31,080 nucleotides of DNA from Methanocella sp. (GTDB lineage Archaea > Thermoproteota > Bathyarchaeia > Bathyarchaeales > Bathycorpusculaceae): contig JBLNCY010000028.1 of NCBI GenBank assembly GCA_050261115.1, positions 1-31,080 on the forward strand. Direction: 5' to 3'. Numbering within the stretch: the first letter of the stretch is position 1; each line of letters opens with the position of its first letter. Positions 8,662 through 18,133 of the stretch are shown one piece after another. The translations under genes were made by a program, and so were the position numbers. The notes below the pieces were generated by a model. The model was not told where the DNA came from and did not search any database. It saw only the letters and a list, made by a program, of their open reading frames with translations.

Positions 8662-9949
8662 AGGCTTTTCCACAATATTGCTAAAAGAGCTCAAAGAGTT
8701 GGTTCGGGATCCCAAGATTCTTGTCGGCATGATTGTGCTACCCTTGGTGATGTTTCCTGTTTTGGGTTTAGTTATGGGTTACGCGGTACAGTCTGCGCAG
8801 GAGGAAGCCCTCAAAGCCAACTTACTAATCGTCAACAACGACACTGACAGCAGCGGCTGGACCACCAATTTCGTAGCATACATGAACTCCAGTATGAACG
8901 TAATAGTCATCGATGACTTAACACCCCAGCAGGTAGTCGATCAAGATTTACTGGCACAGAACAACGCCACAATGTTCCTCTACATACCCGAAGGGTTCAG
9001 CGCTAACCTAACAAGGCACGCAGCAGGCGAATACAACATAACAGGCACAATCACCGCCTATGGCATCTTCAACGCCGGCGGAGGCCTGTTCAGCGGACTT
9101 GGAGGTTCAAGCGTAACCTACCTAGTCGAGATGTTTAACCGAGCAGTCGCACCCGACATGGTAGTAACCACCCAATCCAGCATTATCAAAGGCCAAATCG
9201 AGGAAGGCGTTGACTCAAGCACACTAGCCAGCCTTACGATGACACAAGCCATCGCCCTACCCATAACCATCATGATCATGCTGACATATGCAATGCAAAT
9301 CGCCGCCACAAGCGTCGCCATGGAAAAAGAAGAAAAAACCCTCGAAACTCTCCTAACCACACCAGTAGATCGCTTTGCGGTACTGATGGGCAAAGTCGCA
9401 AGCACCATCATCGTTGCCGGCGTCGCAGCAGTAACAGTGCTAATCGGCTACAATTACATGATTGGCTCAATGACATTCAACATAACCGGGGCAATCGGCA
9501 CAGGCATAGACCTGGTAGCATTGGGTTTAGTGCCATCCATGGGCGGCTACGCACTTTTAGGTGTGAGCCTCTTCTGTACGCTGCTTTCGGCGTTGGCGCT
9601 TGCAGTTGTTATGTCAGCGTTTAGCGAGAACGTTCGCGGCGCACAAGCACTAGTTGGCTACATTTACCCGTTGATCTTCATTCCCTCAATGGCACTGATG
9701 TATCTCGACTTCAACTCGCTACCCATGGCGCTCAAGGCCGTCTTCTATGCGATTCCCTACAGTCACCCAATCATTGCCTCTAGAGCTGTAATTGCAGGCG
9801 ATTATCTTACTGTAGTGCTGGGCATAGTCTACGTTGCTGCATTCACGGTCTTCATAATGTACGTTGCTTCACGCCTATTTGCCACAGAAAAGATCCTAAC
9901 AGCTAAGCTCAATGTAGGCAAGAAAAACAATAAAACCCCAAGCGAATAA
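8654..9949 (+). CDS. ABC-2 type exporter permease (NatB-like)
   Basis: KELKELVRD, EKEEKTLETLLTTPV..GK motif, multiple TM helices; overlaps the ATPase stop. Confidence 0.9.
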   Translation: MLKGFSTILLKELKELVRDPKILVGMIVLPLVMFPVLGLVMGYAVQSAQEEALKANLLIVNNDTDSSGWTTNFVAYMNSSMNVIVIDDLTPQQVVDQDLLAQNNATMFLYIPEGFSANLTRHAAGEYNITGTITAYGIFNAGGGLFSGLGGSSVTYLVEMFNRAVAPDMVVTTQSSIIKGQIEEGVDSSTLASLTMTQAIALPITIMIMLTYAMQIAATSVAMEKEEKTLETLLTTPVDRFAVLMGKVASTIIVAGVAAVTVLIGYNYMIGSMTFNITGAIGTGIDLVALGLVPSMGGYALLGVSLFCTLLSALALAVVMSAFSENVRGAQALVGYIYPLIFIPSMALMYLDFNSLPMALKAVFYAIPYSHPIIASRAVIAGDYLTVVLGIVYVAAFTVFIMYVASRLFATEKILTAKLNVGKKNNKTPSE

Positions 9950-10042
9950 CTGCTTGGTTTTTTCCTCTATTTTCTGTTAGAGTTTTGCGTAGCTTGTTTA
10001 TAGTTAGTAAGCGATGGTTGCCGTTAACTTAGTTTTATTGTG

Positions 10043-11011
10043 TTATATTCCAATACCTAACTCGACGAGGACAACCTGCAGTAAGGCCAAGGGAAGCAGA
10101 TACTTCCACATGCCAGCTATGGATTGGTCAAGCCGTAAACGGGCAAAAATCGCACGCATAAAGGAGACCAGAAGTACCACCGCTATAGTCTTCACCAAAA
10201 ATACCCCTACTGCCGGGACAAAGTAGAAGTCATGTATACCCCCAAAGTATAGCGCGGCTATCAAGGCTGAGGCTAAAACAAGTTCCAAGTTTTTACCCAG
10301 CCGAATCATGGCGAGTTTGCGTCCGCTGAATTCTGTGCGCCAGCCAGCAACTACCTCTGATTCGGATTCGGGGATATTGAAAGGTGAAGCCTCCAACTCT
10401 GCTAATATGCAGATCAACAGGACCCCGAAACCTATCGGTTGAAGGAGAATCAGCCAAGTTGCCTGACTCTGCCACATCGAAATCGTGCTGATAGAGAGGC
10501 TTTGGGCTGCGATTGCAGGGCCGCTCAATGCCAGGGCCATAGGAATTTCAAAGCTCATCATCTGCAAAATAGCTCGGGAGCCACCCATCATGCCGTATCT
10601 ATTCATGGAGCTCCACCCACCCAAAAACACGGTGATAATCAGTAACGCAAAGATGAACATCACAAAGACTAAGTCGCCCTCAAAAGCAGCTAATCCTGTA
10701 TTGCTGGCGATTGGCATAACAAATAGCGCTGTTAAAGGCAGCGTCAAATAGATGATCGGTGTAGCCGTGAACAGGAGCTTGTCGCATACTGCGGGTGTGA
10801 TGTCTTCTTTAGAGAGTAGCTTTATGAAGTCGGCAAAGGGCTGGAGGATTCCTGCGGGTCCTGCACTTGAGGGTCCTCGTCTGTTCTGTATTTTCGCAAA
10901 CGTCTTCCTGTCGATCCATTCGTAGAAGAATGCTAAGGCTAAAAGGAAAAATACGCCTGGAAAAATTATGATTTGTAAGATGCCCAGCGCGACCAAATCT
11001 AAGCCTCTCAA
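10043..11011 (-). CDS. nuoH: Complex I subunit H-like (NuoH/HycD/MbhM) membrane subunit of the hydrogenase
   Basis: DRK..AKIQNRRGP, GILQPFADFIKLLSKE, PFNIPESESEVVAGWRTEFSG, ARLRLDQ. Confidence 0.92.
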   Translation of the reverse strand: MRGLDLVALGILQIIIFPGVFFLLALAFFYEWIDRKTFAKIQNRRGPSSAGPAGILQPFADFIKLLSKEDITPAVCDKLLFTATPIIYLTLPLTALFVMPIASNTGLAAFEGDLVFVMFIFALLIITVFLGGWSSMNRYGMMGGSRAILQMMSFEIPMALALSGPAIAAQSLSISTISMWQSQATWLILLQPIGFGVLLICILAELEASPFNIPESESEVVAGWRTEFSGRKLAMIRLGKNLELVLASALIAALYFGGIHDFYFVPAVGVFLVKTIAVVLLVSFMRAIFARLRLDQSIAGMWKYLLPLALLQVVLVELGIGI

Positions 11012-11067
11012 AGAGCAACATTATGCTAACTTGGCTTTTAACACTATTGATTAAAAACAAAATTTTG

Positions 11068-11403
11068 CTATTGCTTCTTTATCACTAATATCAGCATTCC
11101 AACGGCTGTTAGAACTATAAGCGAATAGATGACTGGGAGAAAACCGGAGGCGTAAAAGGAAGTCATGGTTACAAACGCTAAAATGTCAAAGATGAGAAAG
11201 TACACGGCATACGTAAGAAACCGTTCAAGATCCATTTTGACGTCTTTGGTTGGTCCCTGCTCGCCGCAACTGTACGCGGCGGTTTTACCCTCGCTCTGGT
11301 TGCCTTTGGCGGAGATTCGTCCGCCGACTCGATAGATAATCACTGCTGCCGCAAGCGAAACCCCAAAGACAAGTGGGAGAATAAACGGGATATCAGTTGT
11401 CAT
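11068..11403 (-). CDS. nuoA: Complex I subunit A-like membrane subunit
   Basis: K..AYSCGE loop, FLTYAVYFLIFD, three TM helices. Confidence 0.82.
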   Translation of the reverse strand: MTTDIPFILPLVFGVSLAAAVIIYRVGGRISAKGNQSEGKTAAYSCGEQGPTKDVKMDLERFLTYAVYFLIFDILAFVTMTSFYASGFLPVIYSLIVLTAVGMLILVIKKQ

Positions 11404-11597
11404 GCGGATTCTCAGTACCAAACGGGGCTTGATGTTGCTAATTAACTTTTCTTATACAACCCCTCACCTCATGGCAGAACAAAAATAATGTAATTCATTG
11501 TTTGTGACAATTAAACTGCAATATTTAGGGGCAAAACTTGATAGGTACAAAGCGCATCTCATAAGCAACATACACGTCATCGGGTCAGGGGCTAATC

Positions 11598-13169
11598 ATG
11601 ACAGAAAACACCGATATACTAACAAAGTTACAGACCGCTTTTCAAGGTAACCCTCATGTTCAGTTTCAACCCGGAGAGCTAGGATTAGCCGCCATACAAA
11701 CAAGCAGCGATCTACACAGGGACGTAATCAAAGCCCTGCTTGATGCAGACGAAAAAACGTGTCTCTCAACCATAACCTGCCTCGACTTAGGCGAAACGTT
11801 TGGCGTCTACCACCACATGCGAACCTCCCAAGGGTACTTCACGATTAAAACAGACGTCCCTCGAGAAAACCCAAGCATAGCCTCCATTACAGACCTAATC
11901 CCGGGAGCAGCGTTCACCGAGCTGGAAGGCGCCGACCTTTTGGGCATAACCTTTGAAGGCAACCCCTTATCTGGTCACTTCATTCTACCTGAGAACTGGC
12001 CCCAAGGGATCTATCCACTGCGCAAAGACTGCAAGATAGACGAAATCAAACTCGAACCCTTACCTCTAAAAGAGGAAACAGAAGACAGCAATGTGTTCAA
12101 AGTTATAATCGGCCCACAGCACCCCGCATTGATTGAACCCGAAAAGTTATCCGTTACAGTTGCTGGCGAACGAGTAGTGAAGGTGGAGCCCCGCTTGGGC
12201 TATGTGCATCGCGGAATAGAAAAAGCAGCGGAATCTCGAAGCTATGTACAAGACATCTATCTGGTTGAGCGCATCTGCGGCATCTGCAACGCAATTCATG
12301 CCACAACCTTCGCTGAGGCAGTAGAAAAAATCCTCAAAGCCGAAATTCCAGAGAGAGCTAAGTACATACGTACCATAGGCTTAGAGCTCAATCGACTGCA
12401 CAGTCACCTCTTAACCTTGGGTCATGCCTGTCTCGAAATGGGATATGATACCCTTTTCCAGTACCTATGGCGAGACCGAGAACCCATCATGGACCTTATC
12501 GAATTAACAAGCGGCAACCGTGTATACTCCTCCAACATAACCATCGGCGGAGTCCGCAGAGACCTAAACGAAGCCGATCTGCCAAAAATAAAATCCACCC
12601 TACAAGACCTAAAAAAGAAGCTCCCAGGCTTTAGAGAAACCTACCAGAACAGCCAATCGATTCAGCTTCGCATGCAGGGCGTAGGGGTGCTCTCTAGGGA
12701 GGACGCTATAAAACTCTGTGTCGTTGGACCCGTTGCCCGCGCCTCAGGCTTAGACATTGACGTACGCAAGGATACTCCTTATGAAGCCTATGCTGGGATT
12801 CCATTCAAGAAGGTAGTTTACACGGAAGGCGACGCCTGGGCCAGAATGAACGTGCGACTAGACGAAGTTGACGAAAGTATTAACATCATCCTCTATGCGC
12901 TGGATCATTTACCGACTGGCCCCATAAAAGTAAAAACCCCAAGAGCGGTGCCGGCCGGCGAAGCCATCGTCGCCACAGAAGCCCCCCGAGGCGAACTATT
13001 CTATTACCTAAAAAGCAACGGAACAATGAACCCTGACCGAGTAAAAGTACGCACCCCCACCTTCGCCAACCTGCCCTCATTTCTCAAAACCGCCATTGGC
13101 CAAAACTTCGCAGATTGCCCCGTCAACTTTGTAAGCTTGGATCCCTGCTTCTCATGCACAGACAGATAG
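11598..13169 (+). CDS. Group 4 [NiFe] hydrogenase large subunit with fused NuoC-like N-terminal domain
   Basis: NuoC-like part (E..DLLGITFEGNP..LPENWPQGIYPLRKD), IGPQHP, GYVHRGIEK, L1 ERICGIC, EAPRGE, L2 DPCFSCTDR at the C-terminus. Confidence 0.93.
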   Translation: MTENTDILTKLQTAFQGNPHVQFQPGELGLAAIQTSSDLHRDVIKALLDADEKTCLSTITCLDLGETFGVYHHMRTSQGYFTIKTDVPRENPSIASITDLIPGAAFTELEGADLLGITFEGNPLSGHFILPENWPQGIYPLRKDCKIDEIKLEPLPLKEETEDSNVFKVIIGPQHPALIEPEKLSVTVAGERVVKVEPRLGYVHRGIEKAAESRSYVQDIYLVERICGICNAIHATTFAEAVEKILKAEIPERAKYIRTIGLELNRLHSHLLTLGHACLEMGYDTLFQYLWRDREPIMDLIELTSGNRVYSSNITIGGVRRDLNEADLPKIKSTLQDLKKKLPGFRETYQNSQSIQLRMQGVGVLSREDAIKLCVVGPVARASGLDIDVRKDTPYEAYAGIPFKKVVYTEGDAWARMNVRLDEVDESINIILYALDHLPTGPIKVKTPRAVPAGEAIVATEAPRGELFYYLKSNGTMNPDRVKVRTPTFANLPSFLKTAIGQNFADCPVNFVSLDPCFSCTDR

Positions 13170-13177
13170 GTGACCAA

Positions 13178-13600
13178 ATGAAAAAACGCAAGATATCACT
13201 ACAACTACCCAAAGATGCCTTATCTAACCTCTTTAAAAAGGCAGCAACCCAAAGATACCCTGAACAACCCGCCGATGTCGCCGAAAACTTCAGGGGCAAA
13301 CAGATACTAAACATAGAAAACTGCATAGGCTGCACCCTCTGTGCAAGGGATTGCCCTGCCCAAGCCATAGACTTTGTCATGGTCGATGGCAAAAAACGCC
13401 CCCGCATACACCTAGACCGTTGTGTTTTCTGTTACCAATGTGCGGACACCTGCCCAAGGAACGTTTTCCAAAAATCCAAGGTCTTCGAATTAGCCACCAC
13501 CGAAAAGAGCACCCTTGTTATGCAGCCGCCCCAACCAACAGTTAAATCCGAACAAGCCACGGCTGCTCCGTCTGCTTCTGAGAACAAACCGCCCTCATAG
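13178..13600 (+). CDS. nuoI: 2x[4Fe-4S] ferredoxin subunit (NuoI/HycF-like)
   Basis: T..YP..FRG, CIGCTLCARDCP and CVFCYQCADTCP; AGGTGA 4 nt before ATG 13178. Confidence 0.9.
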   Translation: MKKRKISLQLPKDALSNLFKKAATQRYPEQPADVAENFRGKQILNIENCIGCTLCARDCPAQAIDFVMVDGKKRPRIHLDRCVFCYQCADTCPRNVFQKSKVFELATTEKSTLVMQPPQPTVKSEQATAAPSASENKPPS

Positions 13601-13747
13601 GCTCCAGCCGCATATTCTAAAACTTTTTATCGCTATATCGGCTATTTTTCCGATAAGTCTTGAACCAAATTCAAGTTTTATCTATAAATTTATATATTGA
13701 CTCAAGCGCTAAAACTACATCCCATCAAGATGGGAGGGGTCGGTTGG

Positions 13748-13999
13748 ATGATTGAAGAGATAATCCAAATTGTACTCATGGTTTTAACGGTGCTTCTCGC
13801 TCTGTGCGCCATCGAAGCTAAAACTGTCCTCCATGGAGTCATCTACTTCTGCGGCATGTGCATCAGTATAGGCGGCATATTCTGGCTCCTCAACGCGCCC
13901 TATGTAGCTGTCTTCCAAGTGCTCATCTACGCGGGCGCAGTCGTTGCGATTTTTCTGGCAGCAGTGATGCTGACAACACGCAAGGAGACCCTAAAATAA
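13748..13999 (+). CDS. NuoJ N-terminal-half-like membrane subunit
   Basis: LLNAPYVAVFQVLIYAGAVVAIFL motif; GGAGG upstream of ATG 13748. Confidence 0.82.
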   Translation: MIEEIIQIVLMVLTVLLALCAIEAKTVLHGVIYFCGMCISIGGIFWLLNAPYVAVFQVLIYAGAVVAIFLAAVMLTTRKETLK

Positions 14000-14274
14000 T
14001 GAAACCCGACCCGCTGGTAGTTGCATGCATTATTTGCGCTGCCTTAGCAATCGTTTTGTTTTCGCTGCTTGCATTCGAGCATTCCTTTCCCGTCTTCAGC
14101 GGCGATCAAACCTCAAACCTTGTCGACATCACAGCAGACGTCGGCGGGGAAGATAGCCGTTTCCTCTGGACAAACACCGGATTAGCGCTAATCGCTCAAG
14201 CCTTTGTGCTATTTGCAGCGGCAGCGGCGACCCTTGGGCTATTAAAAGTAAACGAAGAGAAACAGCATGCTTGA
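13999..14274 (+). CDS. Small membrane subunit, NuoJ C-terminal-half/MbhE-like
   Basis: TAATG coupling to the upstream gene; two TM helices, FLW...LIAQAFVLFAAA. Confidence 0.7.
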   Translation: MKPDPLVVACIICAALAIVLFSLLAFEHSFPVFSGDQTSNLVDITADVGGEDSRFLWTNTGLALIAQAFVLFAAAAATLGLLKVNEEKQHA

Positions 14275-14581
14275 CCTAACAATATACCTAATCTTCACCG
14301 TTACTCTCTTCATAATCGGCATATACTGCCTAGCGACTAAGCGTAACCTCATCCGTCTCCTAATAGGCATAGAGATACTGGTAAACGCGGCAAACATTAA
14401 CTTCATCGTATTTGCCGCCTATGCTGTGCCGGGGTTTGTGGATTCGCTGGGCCACTCGTTTGTAGCAATCTCAATCGGGCTGGCGGGGGCAGTTAGCGCT
14501 GTGGCTTTGGCAGTTGCAGTGCTGATTTATCGGCATTATGGCACGCTGGATGCTGATGAGCTAAAAAAGTTGAGGGGATAA
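14267..14581 (+). CDS. nuoK: NuoK/MnhC-like membrane subunit
   Basis: IGIYCL..KRNLIRLLIGIEILVNAANINF, YRHYGTLD..LRG. Confidence 0.9.
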   Translation: MLDLTIYLIFTVTLFIIGIYCLATKRNLIRLLIGIEILVNAANINFIVFAAYAVPGFVDSLGHSFVAISIGLAGAVSAVALAVAVLIYRHYGTLDADELKKLRG

Positions 14582-14587
14582 AAAGGT

Positions 14588-16051
14588 ATGTTTTCGTTAC
14601 CGCTTGATCTGCTGCTTATATTCACGGTCGCTTCACCCATTCTCGGCTACTTAATGCCTAAGCAGTACCGCGGCAAACTATTGGGAATTTACGCTGCCGT
14701 TGCATTGCTAATCACGGGCGTCGCCCTCTACGACCTATACCTCAGCTTAGCTGAAAACACAGTGATTTACCTTCCCAGCAACGATATAGCTTGGGCAACT
14801 CTGCGCATCGATGCCTTAAGCGTCTTTATGGCGTTCACATTTATAGGCTTAGGATTTGCCGCAACCATCTACTCCATCGCCTACATAAAAAACAAACCTG
14901 AAACATCCTTCTACTACACCCTAATCCTCGCCTTAATCGGCGGCATGATGGGCATCGTCTTTGCCGGCGACTTACTCGTACTCTATGCGTTTTGGGAGGT
15001 TATGTCTATTAGCTCCTACGCGCTGGTAGCTCTCTTTAAAGAAGAGAAAATTTCCATAGAAGCAAGCTTCAAATTCTTAATCATGAGCGCCGCTGGCTCC
15101 GCCACCGCCCTTTTCGGCATATCCCTCCTATATGGATTAGCGGGCACCGTCAACTTCGAGGGTCTCGCTACCGCTTTAATGGGTGCATCAAACGTTTGGG
15201 TTTTTGTTGCGGCGGTGTTTGTCTTTTTAGGGTTCGGAGTTAAGCTCGCCGTTTTTCCCCTGCATACTTGGCTTCCGGACACCTATCAAGCTGCGCCCTC
15301 GCCAGTGTCTGCCTTGCTTGCAGGCATCGTGATTGGCCCAGGCGTCTTCGTGGTTGCTAAGGTTTTCTTTTCGGCTTTTCTTTCCATACAGGCAATGTGG
15401 GCGCCAACCCTTGCCGTACTAAGCGTAGTTACCATGCTGGTTGGTAACATAACCGCGTTAAGGCAAACTGATGTTAAGCGTATCTTGGCTTACTCGAGCA
15501 TAGGGCAGGTCGGATACATGCTAATCGGGTTGGCTGTGGGGTCTGAGCTTGGTTTAATGGGGACTTTCCTGCAGTTCTTCAATCATGCCTTGATGAAGGG
15601 TTCTGCTTTTCTGTGTGTCGGCGCAATCATCTATCGCTTGGGCTCCAGGGACCTTGGTGACATGCAGGGGGTCGGCAGAAAAATGCCCCTCACCGCATTT
15701 GCCCTGGCAATCTCTGTTGCGGCATTGATTGGGCTGCCTCCGCTTGCTGGGTTCCCAGGCGAGCTCACCCTGTTTGTTGCAGCAGTCCAAGACTGCTTAA
15801 CCTGGCTAGGCGTGGCACTGCTACTTAACAGCGTAATCTCCGCTGGTTTCTATTTGCGCATTATCTATACCCTAATCCAACCCGTTTCTTCACCTAAAGC
15901 TGAAGCCGTAACAGAGGCGCCGCTTCTAATGCTCATCCCCCTCATCGCCCTCACCGTCTTAATCGTGCTCTTTGGCATCTGGCCCGACCCGACCATTAGC
16001 TTCGCCGGCGACGCTGCGAAGGCGCTGTTATCTTTGGGAGGTGGCGTCTAG
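14588..16051 (+). CDS. nuoN: Antiporter-like subunit (NuoN/MrpD-like)
   Basis: FWEVMSISSY, EASFKF, GVKLAVFPLHTWLPD, KRILAYSSI, PPLAGFPGE. Confidence 0.85.
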   Translation: MFSLPLDLLLIFTVASPILGYLMPKQYRGKLLGIYAAVALLITGVALYDLYLSLAENTVIYLPSNDIAWATLRIDALSVFMAFTFIGLGFAATIYSIAYIKNKPETSFYYTLILALIGGMMGIVFAGDLLVLYAFWEVMSISSYALVALFKEEKISIEASFKFLIMSAAGSATALFGISLLYGLAGTVNFEGLATALMGASNVWVFVAAVFVFLGFGVKLAVFPLHTWLPDTYQAAPSPVSALLAGIVIGPGVFVVAKVFFSAFLSIQAMWAPTLAVLSVVTMLVGNITALRQTDVKRILAYSSIGQVGYMLIGLAVGSELGLMGTFLQFFNHALMKGSAFLCVGAIIYRLGSRDLGDMQGVGRKMPLTAFALAISVAALIGLPPLAGFPGELTLFVAAVQDCLTWLGVALLLNSVISAGFYLRIIYTLIQPVSSPKAEAVTEAPLLMLIPLIALTVLIVLFGIWPDPTISFAGDAAKALLSLGGGV

Positions 16052-18133
16052 TTGCAGGTAATTGATATTGCCCCTTGGCTTTGCTGGATAATACCCGCCC
16101 TTGGCGCATTAATCTCATTAGCGTTAAGAAAAACCAATCGCCGAACCCAAAACATACTCGTACTCACAACAACATTGCTGAGCTGGATACTAACGCTTCT
16201 GATGGTTCCGACTCTGTTTGACGGCGGCGTCGTTGACCGGCCGCTTTTCTGGTTTAGCATCGCAGGCGCACAAGTCAACGCTGGCCTACTAATCGATACC
16301 CTCAGCGTCATAGTAGCCAACGTCGTCTCCTTCCTAAGCTTCCTAATCATCGTGTACTCCACCAAGTACATGGCCGAAGATCCCTCCATCGCCCGCTTCT
16401 GGTTCTTCATGCAACTCTTCGTCTCATCCATGCTACTGCTGGTGTTAGCGGACAACCTTATCCTGATGTTTGTCGGCTGGAAAATGGTAAGCATCTGCAG
16501 CTTCGGCTTAATCGGCTACTACTACCGCGACGAAAAAGAACACTGCATCGGCGGCCCCGCACCTTTTCCCTTCCAGAAACCAAGCCGCAACGGCCTAAAA
16601 GCCCTCCTCATTACAACCCTAGGCGACACCGGGCTACTCGCAGGCATAATAATCCTCTACCTCCATGCGCATACCTTCAACTTCTTGGAGTTGCTTCAAA
16701 CCGCGGGTACATGGTTGCCCTCGATGGCGGCAACCCCTGGCTTACTCACCCTAACCTGTGTTTTGCTGCTACTTGGGCCCTTAGCTAAATCCGCCCAGTT
16801 CCCCTTTCACGAGTGGCTCCCCGAAGCAATGTCTGGGCCCACGCCGGTCAGCGCCTTAATCCACGCGGCTACTATGGTGAAAGCAGGCGTCTATCTCATC
16901 GCGCGGTTGCTTCCAATCTTTTTCTTCGCCGTTTGGGTAGCAACCCCCGCTTATCCGGAAGCGTTAACCTTCTTTATCGTCGCCGCTGCCATCGGTGCGT
17001 TTACTGCTTTCCTTGGTGCTACACAGGCGATCGTAGCTAAGGAACTCAAGAAGGCCCTCGCCTACTCCACAATGAGCGCCATAGGGTACATGGTTCTCGC
17101 ATTAGGCATCTCCGGATTAAGCGAGTCATCGCTTGTTGCAGGCACTTCTGCCTCAATCTTTTTCCTAATCAACCATGGCATCTTCAAAGTTGTCCTGTTC
17201 CTATGCGCCGGCGTCGTCATCCATGCGGCAGGCTCAATCTATCTTGACCACATGAACCTTTCAACAAAGCGAATGCGCTTTACAACGGGTTTCATGTGGA
17301 TAGGCAGTTTAGCTTTGATGGGTGTGTTTCCACTTTCGGGCTTCTGGAGCAAAGACAACGTGCTAATAGCATGCCTAGAAAGTGGTCAATACGTCGTGTT
17401 TGCTGTTGCATTACTCTCTGTGGTGCTGACTTCGTTCTATGTTTTTCGGATGATGGGGTTAATTTTCCATACCGGAATACCTGACGGTAACATTCACCGA
17501 GAACAAGAATTCCATGACCGCAAACTAGCTGAAGATCATGCGCATGGCGAAGAAGGTCACTGGATAGAAGTCTTACCCTACGGTATACTGGCTATCCTAA
17601 CCGTGCTGATTGGATTGGTCGGGCCTTTAGTGGGTGACTTTTTAGCCTCAGCTTTTTCCAACTATTACGCTAGTATGGGTCTCGCAGTGGGGGCTGATGC
17701 GCACTTTAGTGTTTTTGGGCTCAGCGGCTTAGGCTTAGAGGCCCTAGTTGCAGTTGCATCTACACTCATGATTCTTATCGGCGCTGTGCCCGCATACATA
17801 CTCTACATTAAACCCACCTCAAACCCGGGAAACCTACTTCCTGAACGGGGCTTACGCAGAAAAATCTACAATTTCCTTTGGAACCGCTGGTACATCAACG
17901 CATTCTACAATAAAGTTTTCGTGCAACCCTCGATTAAGCTCGGCGGTCTGGTTCAGCACTACATCGAGGACCCACTAAACAGCGCCATCAACGGTGGCAT
18001 ACCTGCAATCCTTAAACGGCTAAGCACCGCCTTCAGCAGGCTCCAAACAGGTAAACTCAGAAACAACATGGCTTACCTGCTGGCGGCGCTTGTAGTTGCG
18101 TTAATCATCCTTTGGCTGGGAGGTTTCATCTAA
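16052..18133 (+). CDS. nuoL: Antiporter-like subunit (NuoL/MrpA-like)
   Basis: AKSAQFPFHEWLPEAMSGPTPVSALIHAATMVKAGVY, GFWSKD, C-terminal amphipathic helix and LQTG. Confidence 0.9.
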   Translation: MQVIDIAPWLCWIIPALGALISLALRKTNRRTQNILVLTTTLLSWILTLLMVPTLFDGGVVDRPLFWFSIAGAQVNAGLLIDTLSVIVANVVSFLSFLIIVYSTKYMAEDPSIARFWFFMQLFVSSMLLLVLADNLILMFVGWKMVSICSFGLIGYYYRDEKEHCIGGPAPFPFQKPSRNGLKALLITTLGDTGLLAGIIILYLHAHTFNFLELLQTAGTWLPSMAATPGLLTLTCVLLLLGPLAKSAQFPFHEWLPEAMSGPTPVSALIHAATMVKAGVYLIARLLPIFFFAVWVATPAYPEALTFFIVAAAIGAFTAFLGATQAIVAKELKKALAYSTMSAIGYMVLALGISGLSESSLVAGTSASIFFLINHGIFKVVLFLCAGVVIHAAGSIYLDHMNLSTKRMRFTTGFMWIGSLALMGVFPLSGFWSKDNVLIACLESGQYVVFAVALLSVVLTSFYVFRMMGLIFHTGIPDGNIHREQEFHDRKLAEDHAHGEEGHWIEVLPYGILAILTVLIGLVGPLVGDFLASAFSNYYASMGLAVGADAHFSVFGLSGLGLEALVAVASTLMILIGAVPAYILYIKPTSNPGNLLPERGLRRKIYNFLWNRWYINAFYNKVFVQPSIKLGGLVQHYIEDPLNSAINGGIPAILKRLSTAFSRLQTGKLRNNMAYLLAALVVALIILWLGGFI

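Noticed and set aside
17490-17562. His/Glu-rich loop in the NuoL-like subunit as a Ni-binding site
   Set aside because: His-rich linkers at this position are common in ordinary NuoL proteins.
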